Assembly (NCBI GenBank): GCA_016936905.1 | Contig: JAFGWZ010000123.1 | Location: 1 to 44,683, forward strand | Length of the DNA stretch: 44,683 nt | DNA from: Deltaproteobacteria bacterium | Lineage (GTDB): Bacteria; Desulfobacterota; Syntrophia; Syntrophales; UBA6807 | Reading direction: 5' to 3' | Shown here: piece after piece, positions 19,181-29,090 of the stretch | Layout: every line of letters begins with the position of its first letter | Numbering within the stretch: the first letter of the stretch is position 1 | Made by a program: the position numbers and the translations under genes | Notes under the pieces: generated by a model | The model's input: the letters and a program-made list of their open reading frames with translations, nothing else | Databases searched by the model: none | What the model was told of the DNA's origin: nothing

Positions 19181-20173
19181 ATGAATGACAAACGACGGAA
19201 ACTTGCGACAATCGGGGGAGGAAGCGGACAGTTCTCCCTCCTGTTCGGTTTGAGGGATATCGACTTCATCGATATTACGGCCATCGTTTCGATGGTCGAC
19301 AGCGGCGGGAGTACCGGCAGGCTGCGTGACGAACTGGGCATCCTGCCGCCCGGCGACCTCCTTAAGTGTGTCCTCGCCCTGTCGCCGCACCGCGATATGG
19401 TGAGGGCTATCCTGTTGAAACGATTCAGCGGTGACGGACGTCTGCAGGGGCACAACGCGGGAAATATGCTCCTCACCATGCTGGCGGAATATACGGGCGA
19501 TTTTTCTGCCGGTGTCAGGGCGCTCGCTGAAATTCTGGATGCCCGTGGTACCATACTGCCCGTCACGGTGGACAAAGCGACGCTCGTTGCGGAGCTGACC
19601 GACGGGAACCGCGTCTACGGTCAGAGCGCGATCGACATACCCCGTGACACACAGCGGGAACGGATCAGGGATATCTATCTCGTTCCCCACCATCATGACT
19701 CCATATCGGTTTATCCTCCTGTTATTGAAGCCATCACCTGCGCCGACTACATCGTCATCGGTCCCGGCGACCTGTACACGAGCATCGTCCCCAACCTCAT
19801 CGTTCCCGGCGTAAAAGAGGCATTCCGGCAAACAAAGGCAGCGGTGCTGTACGTCGTCAATATCATGACAAAGTTCGGAGAAACCCACAATTTCAGTGGA
19901 TTCGATTTCGTCAAAAAGGTTGAAGAATACATAGGAAGAAACGTCGACGGGGTGATCTACAACACCACCAGGCCGAATCAGAAGATACTCAAACAATACC
20001 GTCAGCAAAGGGCAGAGTTCGTCGAAATTGAAGATTATGGCGAGGTATGGGGAAGTCGAACCGTCTATGCAAGGGACCTGATGAGCACAGCCGGCGGTAT
20101 TGTACGTCACGACTCGAAAAAACTGGCGTCCCTCATTTCCAGAATTGTCTCCTCTCGTATGTCTGCTCCATGA
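19181..20173 (+). CDS. yvcK: YvcK/GlmR (UPF0052) UDP-GlcNAc-binding family protein
   Basis: IGGGSG, VSMVDSGGSTGRLRDELGILPPGD, GH.AGN, IGPGDLYTSIVPNL, RHDS. Confidence 0.92.
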   Translation: MNDKRRKLATIGGGSGQFSLLFGLRDIDFIDITAIVSMVDSGGSTGRLRDELGILPPGDLLKCVLALSPHRDMVRAILLKRFSGDGRLQGHNAGNMLLTMLAEYTGDFSAGVRALAEILDARGTILPVTVDKATLVAELTDGNRVYGQSAIDIPRDTQRERIRDIYLVPHHHDSISVYPPVIEAITCADYIVIGPGDLYTSIVPNLIVPGVKEAFRQTKAAVLYVVNIMTKFGETHNFSGFDFVKKVEEYIGRNVDGVIYNTTRPNQKILKQYRQQRAEFVEIEDYGEVWGSRTVYARDLMSTAGGIVRHDSKKLASLISRIVSSRMSAP

Positions 20174-20218
20174 TCTTCGTCCCCTGACGCAGTAATAACC
20201 GGCGGCAGACGGGGAATT

Positions 20219-20266
20219 GAAGCTCCCCGCAACAAGTTGCGGGGAATGCGCTCGCTGTTCAGTTCA
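20219..20266. repeat. REP-like hairpin between convergent genes
   Basis: TCCCCGCAAC-AA-GTTGCGGGGA 10-bp inverted repeat (20224-20245). Confidence 0.55.
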
Positions 20267-21253
20267 TCCCGTTTCATCATCAATGTTCGATCGACAATGA
20301 AAGCCTGCATCGCCTGGCAGAACGGAAACGCGCGGCGACGGATGCCGTTCAGCCGGCAGTTTCCGCGCCACTATGAATATCCAGAGCTGAGAAACAAGCA
20401 TACCGAAGAGCATCAACCCGCACCCCGACATCTGCCGGGGGGACATGGTCTCTCCCAGCAGGGCCCAGCCGCCGAGGGCGGCAAATACCGATTCGAGGCT
20501 GAGAATAATAGCGGCATGGGCGGGATGAGCCCGTCGCTGGCCTATGACCTGGAGGGTATACGCGATGCCCACAGACATAACTCCTCCGTAGAGGAGGGGA
20601 ACGGCGGCCCGCAAAATACCATCCCTCGTAACGGGCTCATACAGAACTGCAACGATCAGGCTGAGGAGTGAACAGGCACCGTATTGAATAAACGCCAGCC
20701 GGAATGAATTCATCTTCGGCGAGAGCCAGCCGATGATCAGGACATGAGCGGCAAAGAAAACAGCACAGAAAAGGACAAGCACATCACCGAAAGCAATGGT
20801 AAACTGCTGAGAAATGCTTAGGAAATAGAGGCCTGCCGAGGCAAGGACCGCTCCGACCCATGTCCCTGCCGTTGTCCGCTGTCCCCAAAAGAGCGCGAGC
20901 AGCGGCACGATGATGACATACAGGCCGGTAATGAATCCTGCTTTGCCCGCCGTCGTATAAACGAGGCCCACCTGCTGGAGCGATGCGCCTGCGAACAGCA
21001 TCAGCCCGGCGGTAGCACTGCCGATAAGAAGGGTGACCCTTCCAACCTTTTCGCCTGTCCGGGGTTTATGATTTCTTTCATTTTTTCCGACAATGAGGGG
21101 GAGCAGTACGCCACAGCCGAGGGCAAAACGAATCCCGTTAAAAAGAAAGGGGCCGATATAATCCATACCGACCCGCTGGGCAACGAAGGCGAATCCCCAT
21201 ATGATTGCTGTGGTAAGCAAAATCGTATCCGATTTGAATGTCTCGGTGTTCAT
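20264..21253 (-). CDS. DMT/EamA family transporter
   Basis: IWGFAFVAQ, GKAGFITGLY, AAIILSLESVFAAL.G..LLGE; start MNTE behind GGAGG. Confidence 0.9.
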   Translation of the reverse strand: MNTETFKSDTILLTTAIIWGFAFVAQRVGMDYIGPFLFNGIRFALGCGVLLPLIVGKNERNHKPRTGEKVGRVTLLIGSATAGLMLFAGASLQQVGLVYTTAGKAGFITGLYVIIVPLLALFWGQRTTAGTWVGAVLASAGLYFLSISQQFTIAFGDVLVLFCAVFFAAHVLIIGWLSPKMNSFRLAFIQYGACSLLSLIVAVLYEPVTRDGILRAAVPLLYGGVMSVGIAYTLQVIGQRRAHPAHAAIILSLESVFAALGGWALLGETMSPRQMSGCGLMLFGMLVSQLWIFIVARKLPAERHPSPRVSVLPGDAGFHCRSNIDDETG

Positions 21254-21269
21254 TAACCTCCACATAAAA

Positions 21270-21410
21270 GGCCTTGGGCTAAGGGCTCAAGGCTAAAGGA
21301 AAAAACAAACAAATTCAGACAACGGGAAAGACTCGTTTGGAGTCTCTTTAACCCTTCGCCTATTTACGTTTTACGATATCCGATATCCGTTTTACGTTTT
21401 ACGATTTACG
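21270..21410. repeat. Heptamer tandem arrays (GGCTNAR family and WTWTMCG family)
   Basis: GGCCTTG GGCTAAG GGCTCAA GGCTAAA; ATTTACG TTTTACG ATATCCG ATATCCG TTTTACG TTTTACG ATTTACG. Confidence 0.8.
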
Positions 21411-21434
21411 CTTACCCATTTCCCCTTCCCCGGC

Positions 21435-23573
21435 CTACTGCGTATCCTCCGATACGGCACCTGCCGCGGGAAGATAGAACCGCTGAGCGTAATCCTTGAC
21501 CATGCGATCTGCGTTGAAGCGCCATCCCAGGCTCTGTATCGCATGTTTCATCATCCTGACCCAATGATGGGGGGTTCCACTTTCGTTTCTGTCATAATAA
21601 AGAGGTATGATTTCTTTTTCGAGCGCTTCATAGAGATAGTCTCCGTCCCGTTGGTACTGGATCGTTTCTTCGTTATGCATTCCTCCATGGCCGATGGCAA
21701 ATCCATTTCGCCCGTCATATGCTTCGTTCCACCAGCCATCAAGAACCGACAGGTTCAACCCGCCGTTGAGAACAACCTTCTGGCCGCTTGTCCCGCACGC
21801 TTCGAGAGGCCGCCGGGGATTGTTCAGCCAGACATCAACGCCTTGAACAAGATGGCGGCCCACATTGTAATCGTAATCCTCGACAAAAACGATTCTGTTC
21901 CGGCAGGCGGGATCATGGCTGTACCGGACGATTCGCTGCAGCAACTGTTTGCCTGAATCGTCCCGGGGATGCGCCTTGCCCGCGAAAACGATCTGAATCG
22001 GCCGGCGCGAATCTCCGATGAGCCTGGCAAGGCGGTCGGGCTGAGACAAAATAAGATCCCCCCGTTTGTACGTTGCAAACCGCCTGGCACAGCCGATGGT
22101 CAGGATATCAGGATCAAGGATCTGGTCGATCTGCTTGAGAATCTCCTTTTGTCCCAAGCGCTGTGCCTGTCGCTGCAACCTGCGACGGACGAAACGGATG
22201 AGACGCATCTTCAGGCTCTGGTGGGTTTCCCACAATTCTCCATCATCGATATCTTTGATTTTTTCCCATACCTCGGTGTGAACCATCCGCGTCGCCCAAT
22301 CCTGGCCGAGGCGGGTCTCAAACAACTGATTCATCTGGGGGGAGAGCCACGATAACACATGCACCCCGTTGGTGATATGCCCGATGGGAACTTCCAACTC
22401 GGGCCGTTCCGGCCAGAGGGGATGCCACATCAAACGGCTCACCCCGCCGTGTATCGACGAGACACCATTCGCCCGGCATGCGTTCTTCAGGGCTAAAACG
22501 GTCATACAGAAGGGCTCCGTTGTATCTCCGGGATTGACCCGCCCCAGTGCCATGAACTCGTCATGGTTCAGTCCAAGTTTTTCCCTCATGATGCCGAGAT
22601 GCTCTTCCATAAGATCCCCCGGAAAGCGGTCGTGGCCCGCGGCTACCGGAGTGTGCGTCGTGAAAACGGTGTACAGTGAAACCCGTCGCCGCGCTCTGTG
22701 GAAGGGAATCTGGTCATACGCCATAACTCTTCGGATCTCTTCAAGTATCGCAAACGCGCTGTGCCCTTCGTTCAGGTGAAGGACTCCCGGGTAAATATTC
22801 AGCGCCTGGAGGATTCGGGCGCCGCCGATGCCGAGAAGCAGTTCCTGCCGGATACGCAGCCGCTCATCGCCCCCATAGAGCCGGGATGTCAAACAACGAT
22901 CGTCCGCCGTGTTTCCCTCTATATTGGAATCGAGAAGCATCAGGCGAATTCTGCCCACCTGCACCTCCCATACCCTGGCCAGCAACGACCCGCTTCGAGC
23001 ATCGATCTGGATAATCAACGGCTCACCGCCGGCATCTTTCACAGGAGATGCCGGTGAGAGGGCGATATCAAGGGCGGCGTAGTCCTCCTCCTGCCAGCCG
23101 TCGCCGTTGAGGCGCTGCTTGAAATAACCCTGATCGTAAAGGAGCCCGATCCCGATCAGCGGGATACCCAGATCGGACGCACTCTTGAGATGATCGCCGG
23201 CGAGAATTCCCAGACCGCCTGAATAGATGGGCAGTGATTCATGAAGGCCGAACTCTGCTGAAAAATAGACAACGGGCCTGCTGCGGAGGTTGCCGCAGTG
23301 TATGTTCCCCCACGTTTTCTCCTTATTCAGGTATTCGTTCAGCCGCCGGAAGGCATAATTGATTCGACTGTGGAGCACGAGCTCGGCTGCCCTTTGTTCC
23401 AGTTTTTCCGGTGTGACCCGAGACAGAAAGGCTATCGGATTATGGTCAACTTCCCGCCACACCTGCGGATCGAGGTCGGTAAATATGCTGATAACCTCAG
23501 GATGCCACGTCCACCAGAGATTGCGGGCCAATACGCTGAGCCGTTCATGAAGACTGCTGATCTCATCTTTCAT
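21435..23573 (-). CDS. glgP: Alpha-glucan (glycogen) phosphorylase
   Basis: YFSAEFG...YSGGLGILAGD, HLNEGH, ARRFATYKR, EACGTSGQK PLP site. Confidence 0.95.
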   Translation of the reverse strand: MKDEISSLHERLSVLARNLWWTWHPEVISIFTDLDPQVWREVDHNPIAFLSRVTPEKLEQRAAELVLHSRINYAFRRLNEYLNKEKTWGNIHCGNLRSRPVVYFSAEFGLHESLPIYSGGLGILAGDHLKSASDLGIPLIGIGLLYDQGYFKQRLNGDGWQEEDYAALDIALSPASPVKDAGGEPLIIQIDARSGSLLARVWEVQVGRIRLMLLDSNIEGNTADDRCLTSRLYGGDERLRIRQELLLGIGGARILQALNIYPGVLHLNEGHSAFAILEEIRRVMAYDQIPFHRARRRVSLYTVFTTHTPVAAGHDRFPGDLMEEHLGIMREKLGLNHDEFMALGRVNPGDTTEPFCMTVLALKNACRANGVSSIHGGVSRLMWHPLWPERPELEVPIGHITNGVHVLSWLSPQMNQLFETRLGQDWATRMVHTEVWEKIKDIDDGELWETHQSLKMRLIRFVRRRLQRQAQRLGQKEILKQIDQILDPDILTIGCARRFATYKRGDLILSQPDRLARLIGDSRRPIQIVFAGKAHPRDDSGKQLLQRIVRYSHDPACRNRIVFVEDYDYNVGRHLVQGVDVWLNNPRRPLEACGTSGQKVVLNGGLNLSVLDGWWNEAYDGRNGFAIGHGGMHNEETIQYQRDGDYLYEALEKEIIPLYYDRNESGTPHHWVRMMKHAIQSLGWRFNADRMVKDYAQRFYLPAAGAVSEDTQ

Positions 23574-23878
23574 ATGCACCCCCTTTGGGCCCGTTATGCA
23601 CGAGCGCTCCATGTCCGAAAGTTATAGCAGTTACTATGGAATATTCAAGTAAAAACAAATCATTCTGCCTTTTACCTCAGAAAATATTTTATGTGTCCAG
23701 TGCTGACCATCACACTTTTCGATGGCGATCCGTTGATTTTATATTGAGTTGAACAGACAAAATATACTACAAGTTACTTGTCGAACATGACAAAGAAACC
23801 GGGGTGCTGTGATCGAATAGCAACGGTCACCGCCAACGAATGGATAGTGCATACAATCGTCGAAAAGAGGTACGAGAG

Positions 23879-25531
23879 ATGTCGCTTCATGTTTTAGCAG
23901 GCAAGCCGGCCCCTCCTTCCATGCTCATCAACGTTCCGCAGGTTGTGAGCAGCTATTATCGTTTACACCCGGACATAGCGGATCCCGCTCAGTCAGTTGC
24001 ATTCGGAACCTCGGGGCACCGCGGTTCCTCGCTGAGAAAGAGTTTTAATGAGACCCATATTGTCGCCACGACACAGGCGATATGCGATTACAGGAAGGAA
24101 CGGGGCATTACCGGCCCCCTGTTCATAGGGAAAGATACCCATGCCCTCTCAGAACCGAGTCATGCAACGGCGCTTGAGGTACTCGCCGCCAATGGCGTCG
24201 TTGTTATGGTTCAGAAAGATTCGGGGTACACCCCGACCCCGGTCATTTCGCATGCCATTCTTACCCACAACAGGGGAAAAACAACGGGCCTCGCCGACGG
24301 GATCGTCATTACTCCCTCTCACAATCCTCCCGACGACGGCGGCTTTAAATACAATCCTCCTCACGGGGGTCCCGCCGACGTGAATGTAACGGAATGGATC
24401 GAGGGCAGAGCCAACGACCTTATAAGGCACGACAACAAAGAGGTAAAACGTATGCCCTACGAACGGGCCATACAAATGGAAACCTGTCACGAAATGGACT
24501 ACATACTCCCCTATGTCAACGACCTCACTACCATCATCGACATGGATGCCATTCGGTCGAGCGGTATAAAGATCGGCGTCGACCCCCTGGGCGGCGCTTC
24601 GGCGCCATACTGGCACCCCATTGCCGAAGTGCACAACCTCGATATTCACGTTGTCAATCCCGTTGTCGACCCAACATTCGGGTTCATGACCGTCGACAAA
24701 GACGGAAAGATCAGGATGGATTGTTCCTCCCCCTATGCCATGGCGGGGCTGATCAGATTGAAGGATTCGTACAACATCGCTTTCGGGAATGACCCGGACG
24801 CCGATCGACACGGCATCGTCACCGGAAGCGCAGGCCTGATGAACCCCAACGCCTACCTCGCCGCGGCCATTTATTACCTGTTTCAGCACCGGCCGGGCTG
24901 GAGCGATCGTGCGGTCATCGGGAAAACCCTCGTGAGCAGCGGCATGATCGACCGTGTGGCTCAGCGGTTGAACCGTGGAGTTTCCGAAGTCCCGGTAGGA
25001 TTCAAATGGTTTGTCGAAGGCCTGCTCGACGGATCGTACGGATTCGGCTGCGAAGAGAGCGCCGGGGCCTCATTCCTTCGAAAGGATGGAACGGTCTGGA
25101 CAACCGACAAAGACGGGATCATCATGAATCTCCTGGCGGCTGAAATGACCGCGGTCATGGGGCGTGATCCCGGCGAACTCTATGACGAATTAACAGAGCA
25201 GCTTGGAACGCCCTTTTACGAAAGGCTCGACGTGCCGGCGACACCGGACCGGAAAGCACTGTTGAAAAAACTCACGGCAGGCAATATCCATGCGTCAACG
25301 CTGGCAGGTGAACCCATACTGGCCGTCCAGACGGAGGCGCCGGGGAATAATGCATCCATCGGCGGTGTGAAGATCGTATCGCAGAACGGATGGTTCGCCG
25401 CCAGGCCGTCGGGAACTGAAGATATCTATAAAATCTATACGGAAAGCTTTAAAAGCAGGGAACACCTGTCCCGAATACGGGAAGAAGCGATCGCCATTGT
25501 TGACGAAGTATTCAAATCTCACGGTTTATGA
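23879..25531 (+). CDS. pgm: Phosphoglucomutase (alpha-D-glucose phosphate-specific)
   Basis: [37 protein letters not shown]. Confidence 0.95.
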   Translation: MSLHVLAGKPAPPSMLINVPQVVSSYYRLHPDIADPAQSVAFGTSGHRGSSLRKSFNETHIVATTQAICDYRKERGITGPLFIGKDTHALSEPSHATALEVLAANGVVVMVQKDSGYTPTPVISHAILTHNRGKTTGLADGIVITPSHNPPDDGGFKYNPPHGGPADVNVTEWIEGRANDLIRHDNKEVKRMPYERAIQMETCHEMDYILPYVNDLTTIIDMDAIRSSGIKIGVDPLGGASAPYWHPIAEVHNLDIHVVNPVVDPTFGFMTVDKDGKIRMDCSSPYAMAGLIRLKDSYNIAFGNDPDADRHGIVTGSAGLMNPNAYLAAAIYYLFQHRPGWSDRAVIGKTLVSSGMIDRVAQRLNRGVSEVPVGFKWFVEGLLDGSYGFGCEESAGASFLRKDGTVWTTDKDGIIMNLLAAEMTAVMGRDPGELYDELTEQLGTPFYERLDVPATPDRKALLKKLTAGNIHASTLAGEPILAVQTEAPGNNASIGGVKIVSQNGWFAARPSGTEDIYKIYTESFKSREHLSRIREEAIAIVDEVFKSHGL

Positions 25532-25542
25532 CATACAAAGCG

Positions 25543-25737
25543 AAGGGTGTAGGGCGTAGGGTGTAGGGGGATTTTGTGAATTGAATAGGTCAAGACATGG
25601 GTAACACGTTTTTCGGTTTCCGTTTTCCGTTTTTCGGTTTTCGGTTTCCGGTTTCCCCATTTTCTATTTTCCAATTCCCGTTTTCCGATATACGTTTTCT
25701 GTTATCCGAATCCCCATTTCCCAATTCCCATTTCCCA
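25543..25737. repeat. Heptamer arrays: (TAGGGNG)x4, then about 18 pyrimidine-rich units
   Basis: AAGGGTG TAGGGCG TAGGGTG TAGGGGG; TTTTCGG TTTCCGT TTTCCGT ... CATTTCC (25607-25737). Confidence 0.85.
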
Positions 25738-25880
25738 AGGATGCGACTGCGGCAACCGTCGATTATACGTAAAGGCGACTTTATTCTTGACACGAACACC
25801 ACTTTTTTATACTCATCATGCGTTTATACTTTATTTCCTCATAAATGTGTTTTCAAATACAATAAAAAGGAGTGTGGAAG

Positions 25881-27032
25881 ATGAAGATCATAAAGTACTG
25901 TGCGCTGATTGGTGTCGTGATGGCCGTTCTCCTGCCGATGAACACAATGGCGGCAAAGCCCGTTGTTATCGGCCTTCAGGGGCCGATCACCGGTTCATGG
26001 GCCTATGAAGGCCAGATGGCAAAGCAATCCTGTGAAATAGCCGCCGCATTGATCAACCAGAAAGGGGGTATTCTGGGAGGAAGAATGGTGGAAGTAAGGG
26101 TCGTCGATGATGCGGGTGAACCGAAAACGGGCGCCCTGGCGGCACAACGGCTGGTAACGCAGAAAGATGTTGTCGCTTCCATCTCTACCTACGGATCGTC
26201 CATCTGCGAACCGGCCTCCACAATTTACGAAAAGTTCAAAAAGGTAAATATCGGTTACGGCGTCACCGCCGTCCGCCTTACCCAGCGGGGATATAAATAT
26301 TTCTTCCGTACCTGCGGACGCGACGATTCACAGGGGCAGTTTTTCGCCGATTCCGTCCCGGCAAAATTCAATGCCACGAGAATCGCCATCATGCACGATA
26401 ACACGGCCTTTGGAAAAGGACTGGCGGAAGATACAAAGCGGGCCTTGCAGCCCATGATCGATTCCGGCAAGGTGAAACTGGTCTACGATGACGCCGTCAC
26501 CCCCGGAGAAAAGGACTTCCGTGTTCCCCTTACCAAACTCCGTGAAACAAAACCGGAAGTCTGGTACTTCACCGGATACTATGCGGAAGCGGCCCTGCTG
26601 GTTAACCAGGCCCGTGAAATCGGCATCACGTGCCCCTTTGTGGGAGGGAACGCCGCCATTAACGATGAATTCGTCAAGATTGCCGGTCTGAAGATCGCCC
26701 AGGGGTGCTACATGACAAACGAACCACTCCCCGCCGACCTTCCCTATGAAAAAGCAAAGGAATTCCTCAAGGCCTACAAAGACAAATATGGTGAAATCCC
26801 CTCAAGTCCGTGGCCTATCTATGCCGCCGATGCGCTGAATATCATCGCCTATGCCGTTGATAAGACTGGTTCGACGAACTCCGACGTCCTCGCCGATTAC
26901 CTGCGGAACAAAGTTGACGGCGCCCCTGGCATCACCGGGCCGATCGGTTTCACCGAACAGGGAGACCGCGAGGGTGTCCCGTTCTATCTGTACGTCGTTG
27001 ACGAACAGGGCAATATCGTCGTTTCCAAATAA
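25881..27032 (+). CDS. livK: Branched-chain amino acid ABC transporter substrate-binding protein
   Basis: Signal peptide, IG..GPITG, INQKGGILG, DDAGEP, FFRTCGRDD.QG; first gene of liv-type operon. Confidence 0.88.
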   Translation: MKIIKYCALIGVVMAVLLPMNTMAAKPVVIGLQGPITGSWAYEGQMAKQSCEIAAALINQKGGILGGRMVEVRVVDDAGEPKTGALAAQRLVTQKDVVASISTYGSSICEPASTIYEKFKKVNIGYGVTAVRLTQRGYKYFFRTCGRDDSQGQFFADSVPAKFNATRIAIMHDNTAFGKGLAEDTKRALQPMIDSGKVKLVYDDAVTPGEKDFRVPLTKLRETKPEVWYFTGYYAEAALLVNQAREIGITCPFVGGNAAINDEFVKIAGLKIAQGCYMTNEPLPADLPYEKAKEFLKAYKDKYGEIPSSPWPIYAADALNIIAYAVDKTGSTNSDVLADYLRNKVDGAPGITGPIGFTEQGDREGVPFYLYVVDEQGNIVVSK

Positions 27033-27061
27033 CAGGAATACGACCAATGTAATATGTTCAT

Positions 27062-27093
27062 TGAAGGGATTCGGGTACGCCCGAATCCCTTCA
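27062..27093. terminator. Stem-loop after livK (attenuator or mRNA-stabilising hairpin)
   Basis: TGAAGGGATTCGGG-TACG-CCCGAATCCCTTCA, perfect 14-bp stem. Confidence 0.65.
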
Positions 27094-27177
27094 TTAATCG
27101 ATTACTCATACGGATCAGGCATGAACGCATCGATTCGCCGCGTCACTGCGTATAAGGTAATGTTGAGATAAGAGTCC

Positions 27178-28089
27178 ATGGAAGTTTTTCTCGAACAATT
27201 AATTAACGGTCTGACGATCGGTTCTTTTTACGCGCTCATCGCGCTCGGGTATTCCATGGTCTACGGAATCCTCAAGCTCATTAATTTCGCCCACGGAGAT
27301 TTCTTTACCCTGGGGTCGTACGTGGGATATACATTCCTTGTTTTCGGATCATCATTCATCACGGCCCACTTCGGGCTGTGGGGCGGCCTCATGGCCGCCA
27401 TGATCATCGCCGCCGTCTGTGTCGCCGTTGTCGGCGTCGTCGTCGAGCGTGCTGCGTATCGGCCGATCTATCCGGCAGGCCGCCTCCCCGCCGTCGTTTC
27501 GGCGCTGGGAGCATCCATCTTCATTCAAAACGCCATCATGGTTATCTGGGGCCCTCGGTACCAGGCATATCCCGCCTCTCTTATCCCCAATATTCATATC
27601 CAACTGGGGGGACTCCACATAACCGTGCTGCAGATCGTTATTCTGACCATGTCCTTCATGCTCCTCGGCATCCTTTACTGGATCATTCAGAAAACAACCT
27701 TCGGGGCCGCCATAAGGGCGACGGCCCTTGATAAAGATACGGCATCCCTCATGGGAATCGATTTTAATAAGGTAATATTCTTTATTTTTACCCTCGGCCC
27801 GGCCCTCGGCGCCATTACGGGCGTCATGGTCGGCATGTACTACCGGCAGATCAGTTTCACCATGGGCTGGAACTACGGCCTGAAGGCATTCACGGCAACG
27901 ATCCTGGGCGGCATCGGAAACCTCCCCGGGGCGATGTTCGGCGGATTGATCCTGGGAGTCCTGGAAATGCTGGGAGCGGCCTACATCTCGGCGGCGTGGA
28001 AAGACGTGTTTGTCTTTCTGATTCTCATCATGGTCCTGATCTTCCGTCCCACGGGGCTCTTCGGAGAAAAAGTAGCGGAAAAAGTGTAA
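27178..28089 (+). CDS. livH: Branched-chain amino acid ABC transporter permease
   Basis: QLINGL..GS.YALIALGYSMVYG...LINFAHG; KAF.A.ILGGIG. Confidence 0.92.
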   Translation: MEVFLEQLINGLTIGSFYALIALGYSMVYGILKLINFAHGDFFTLGSYVGYTFLVFGSSFITAHFGLWGGLMAAMIIAAVCVAVVGVVVERAAYRPIYPAGRLPAVVSALGASIFIQNAIMVIWGPRYQAYPASLIPNIHIQLGGLHITVLQIVILTMSFMLLGILYWIIQKTTFGAAIRATALDKDTASLMGIDFNKVIFFIFTLGPALGAITGVMVGMYYRQISFTMGWNYGLKAFTATILGGIGNLPGAMFGGLILGVLEMLGAAYISAAWKDVFVFLILIMVLIFRPTGLFGEKVAEKV

Positions 28090-29090
28090 TGATTCAAGAA
28101 GCCAAACGCATGGGAAGGGAGGGGTTCTTCGGTTCCCAAAGCCTTTTTTTTGCAACCTTGACCCTGTTCATCATGTACCCCTTCGTGGTGAGCGATTATT
28201 ATATCGACGTCGCTTTTTTCTTCGGCATTTATGCGCTCCTTGGCCTCAGTCTCAATATTGTTCTGGGAGAAGTCGGATTATTTGACCTGGGACACGCCGG
28301 TTTTTATGCCATCGGAGCATACACCACAGCGATTCTCAATACAAAATTCGGTATTCCGGTTCTCATCCTCCTGCCCATCAGCGCAGCAGCAGCCGCCCTT
28401 TTTGCCTATGTGGTATGCTCGCCGATCATTCATCTTCGAGGTGACTATCTCTGCATCGTAACGATAGGGATGGGAGAAATAGTCAGAATAGCCCTCATCA
28501 ATAATCCCTTTGATCTTACGGGAGGACCAAATGGAGTGTACGGCATCGATTTCCCCTCTTTCGGTGGTCCCTTCGTCATCGATTCGTCCATCGAATACTA
28601 TTTTCTCATCTGGATCGTCGTCGCGCTGAGCATATACGGTCTCATACGACTGCAGAAATCCCACATAGGACGGGCATGGAACTATATCAGAGAGGATGAG
28701 GTGGCGGCAGGGGCCAGCGGTATCGATGTGCGGTACTATAAACTCCTGGCATTCGTTCTCGGCGCCGCCCTGGCGGGCGTTGCCGGAAATATCTACGCCA
28801 GCAAGCTCATGTGCGTTTCCCCCGAAAGTTTTACCTTCTGGGAATCCTGCCTCATGTTCTGTATCGTTCTCATCGGCGGCATGGGATCGATTCCCGGTGT
28901 CCTCATCGGTGCGGCCTTTATCAGCCTCTTTCCCGAGATATTCAGGCCGTTCGCCATGTACCGGATGTTGATCTTCGGCACGGTCATGATCCTTCTGATG
29001 ATGTTCAGGCCCGGAGGCGCGTGGCCCCGGAAGCGCGGCGCCGCCGAGCATCCCCCACTCCATCCTGGAAAGGAAGGCATCGATGGCTGA
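28089..29090 (+). CDS. livM: Branched-chain amino acid ABC transporter permease
   Basis: LNIVLG..GL.DLG..GFYAIGAY, LRGDYL.IVT, IREDE; ATG overlaps livH stop. Confidence 0.92.
   Translation: MIQEAKRMGREGFFGSQSLFFATLTLFIMYPFVVSDYYIDVAFFFGIYALLGLSLNIVLGEVGLFDLGHAGFYAIGAYTTAILNTKFGIPVLILLPISAAAAALFAYVVCSPIIHLRGDYLCIVTIGMGEIVRIALINNPFDLTGGPNGVYGIDFPSFGGPFVIDSSIEYYFLIWIVVALSIYGLIRLQKSHIGRAWNYIREDEVAAGASGIDVRYYKLLAFVLGAALAGVAGNIYASKLMCVSPESFTFWESCLMFCIVLIGGMGSIPGVLIGAAFISLFPEIFRPFAMYRMLIFGTVMILLMMFRPGGAWPRKRGAAEHPPLHPGKEGIDG

Noticed and set aside
19088-20110. 340-aa minus-strand ORF (also 28278-29252, 27352-28155, 24149-24889, 10426-11151)
   Set aside because: Antisense to well-supported genes and lacking motifs
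25590-25884. ORFs 25597-25884 (+) and 25590-25802 (-)
   Set aside because: Low-complexity translations of the heptamer array
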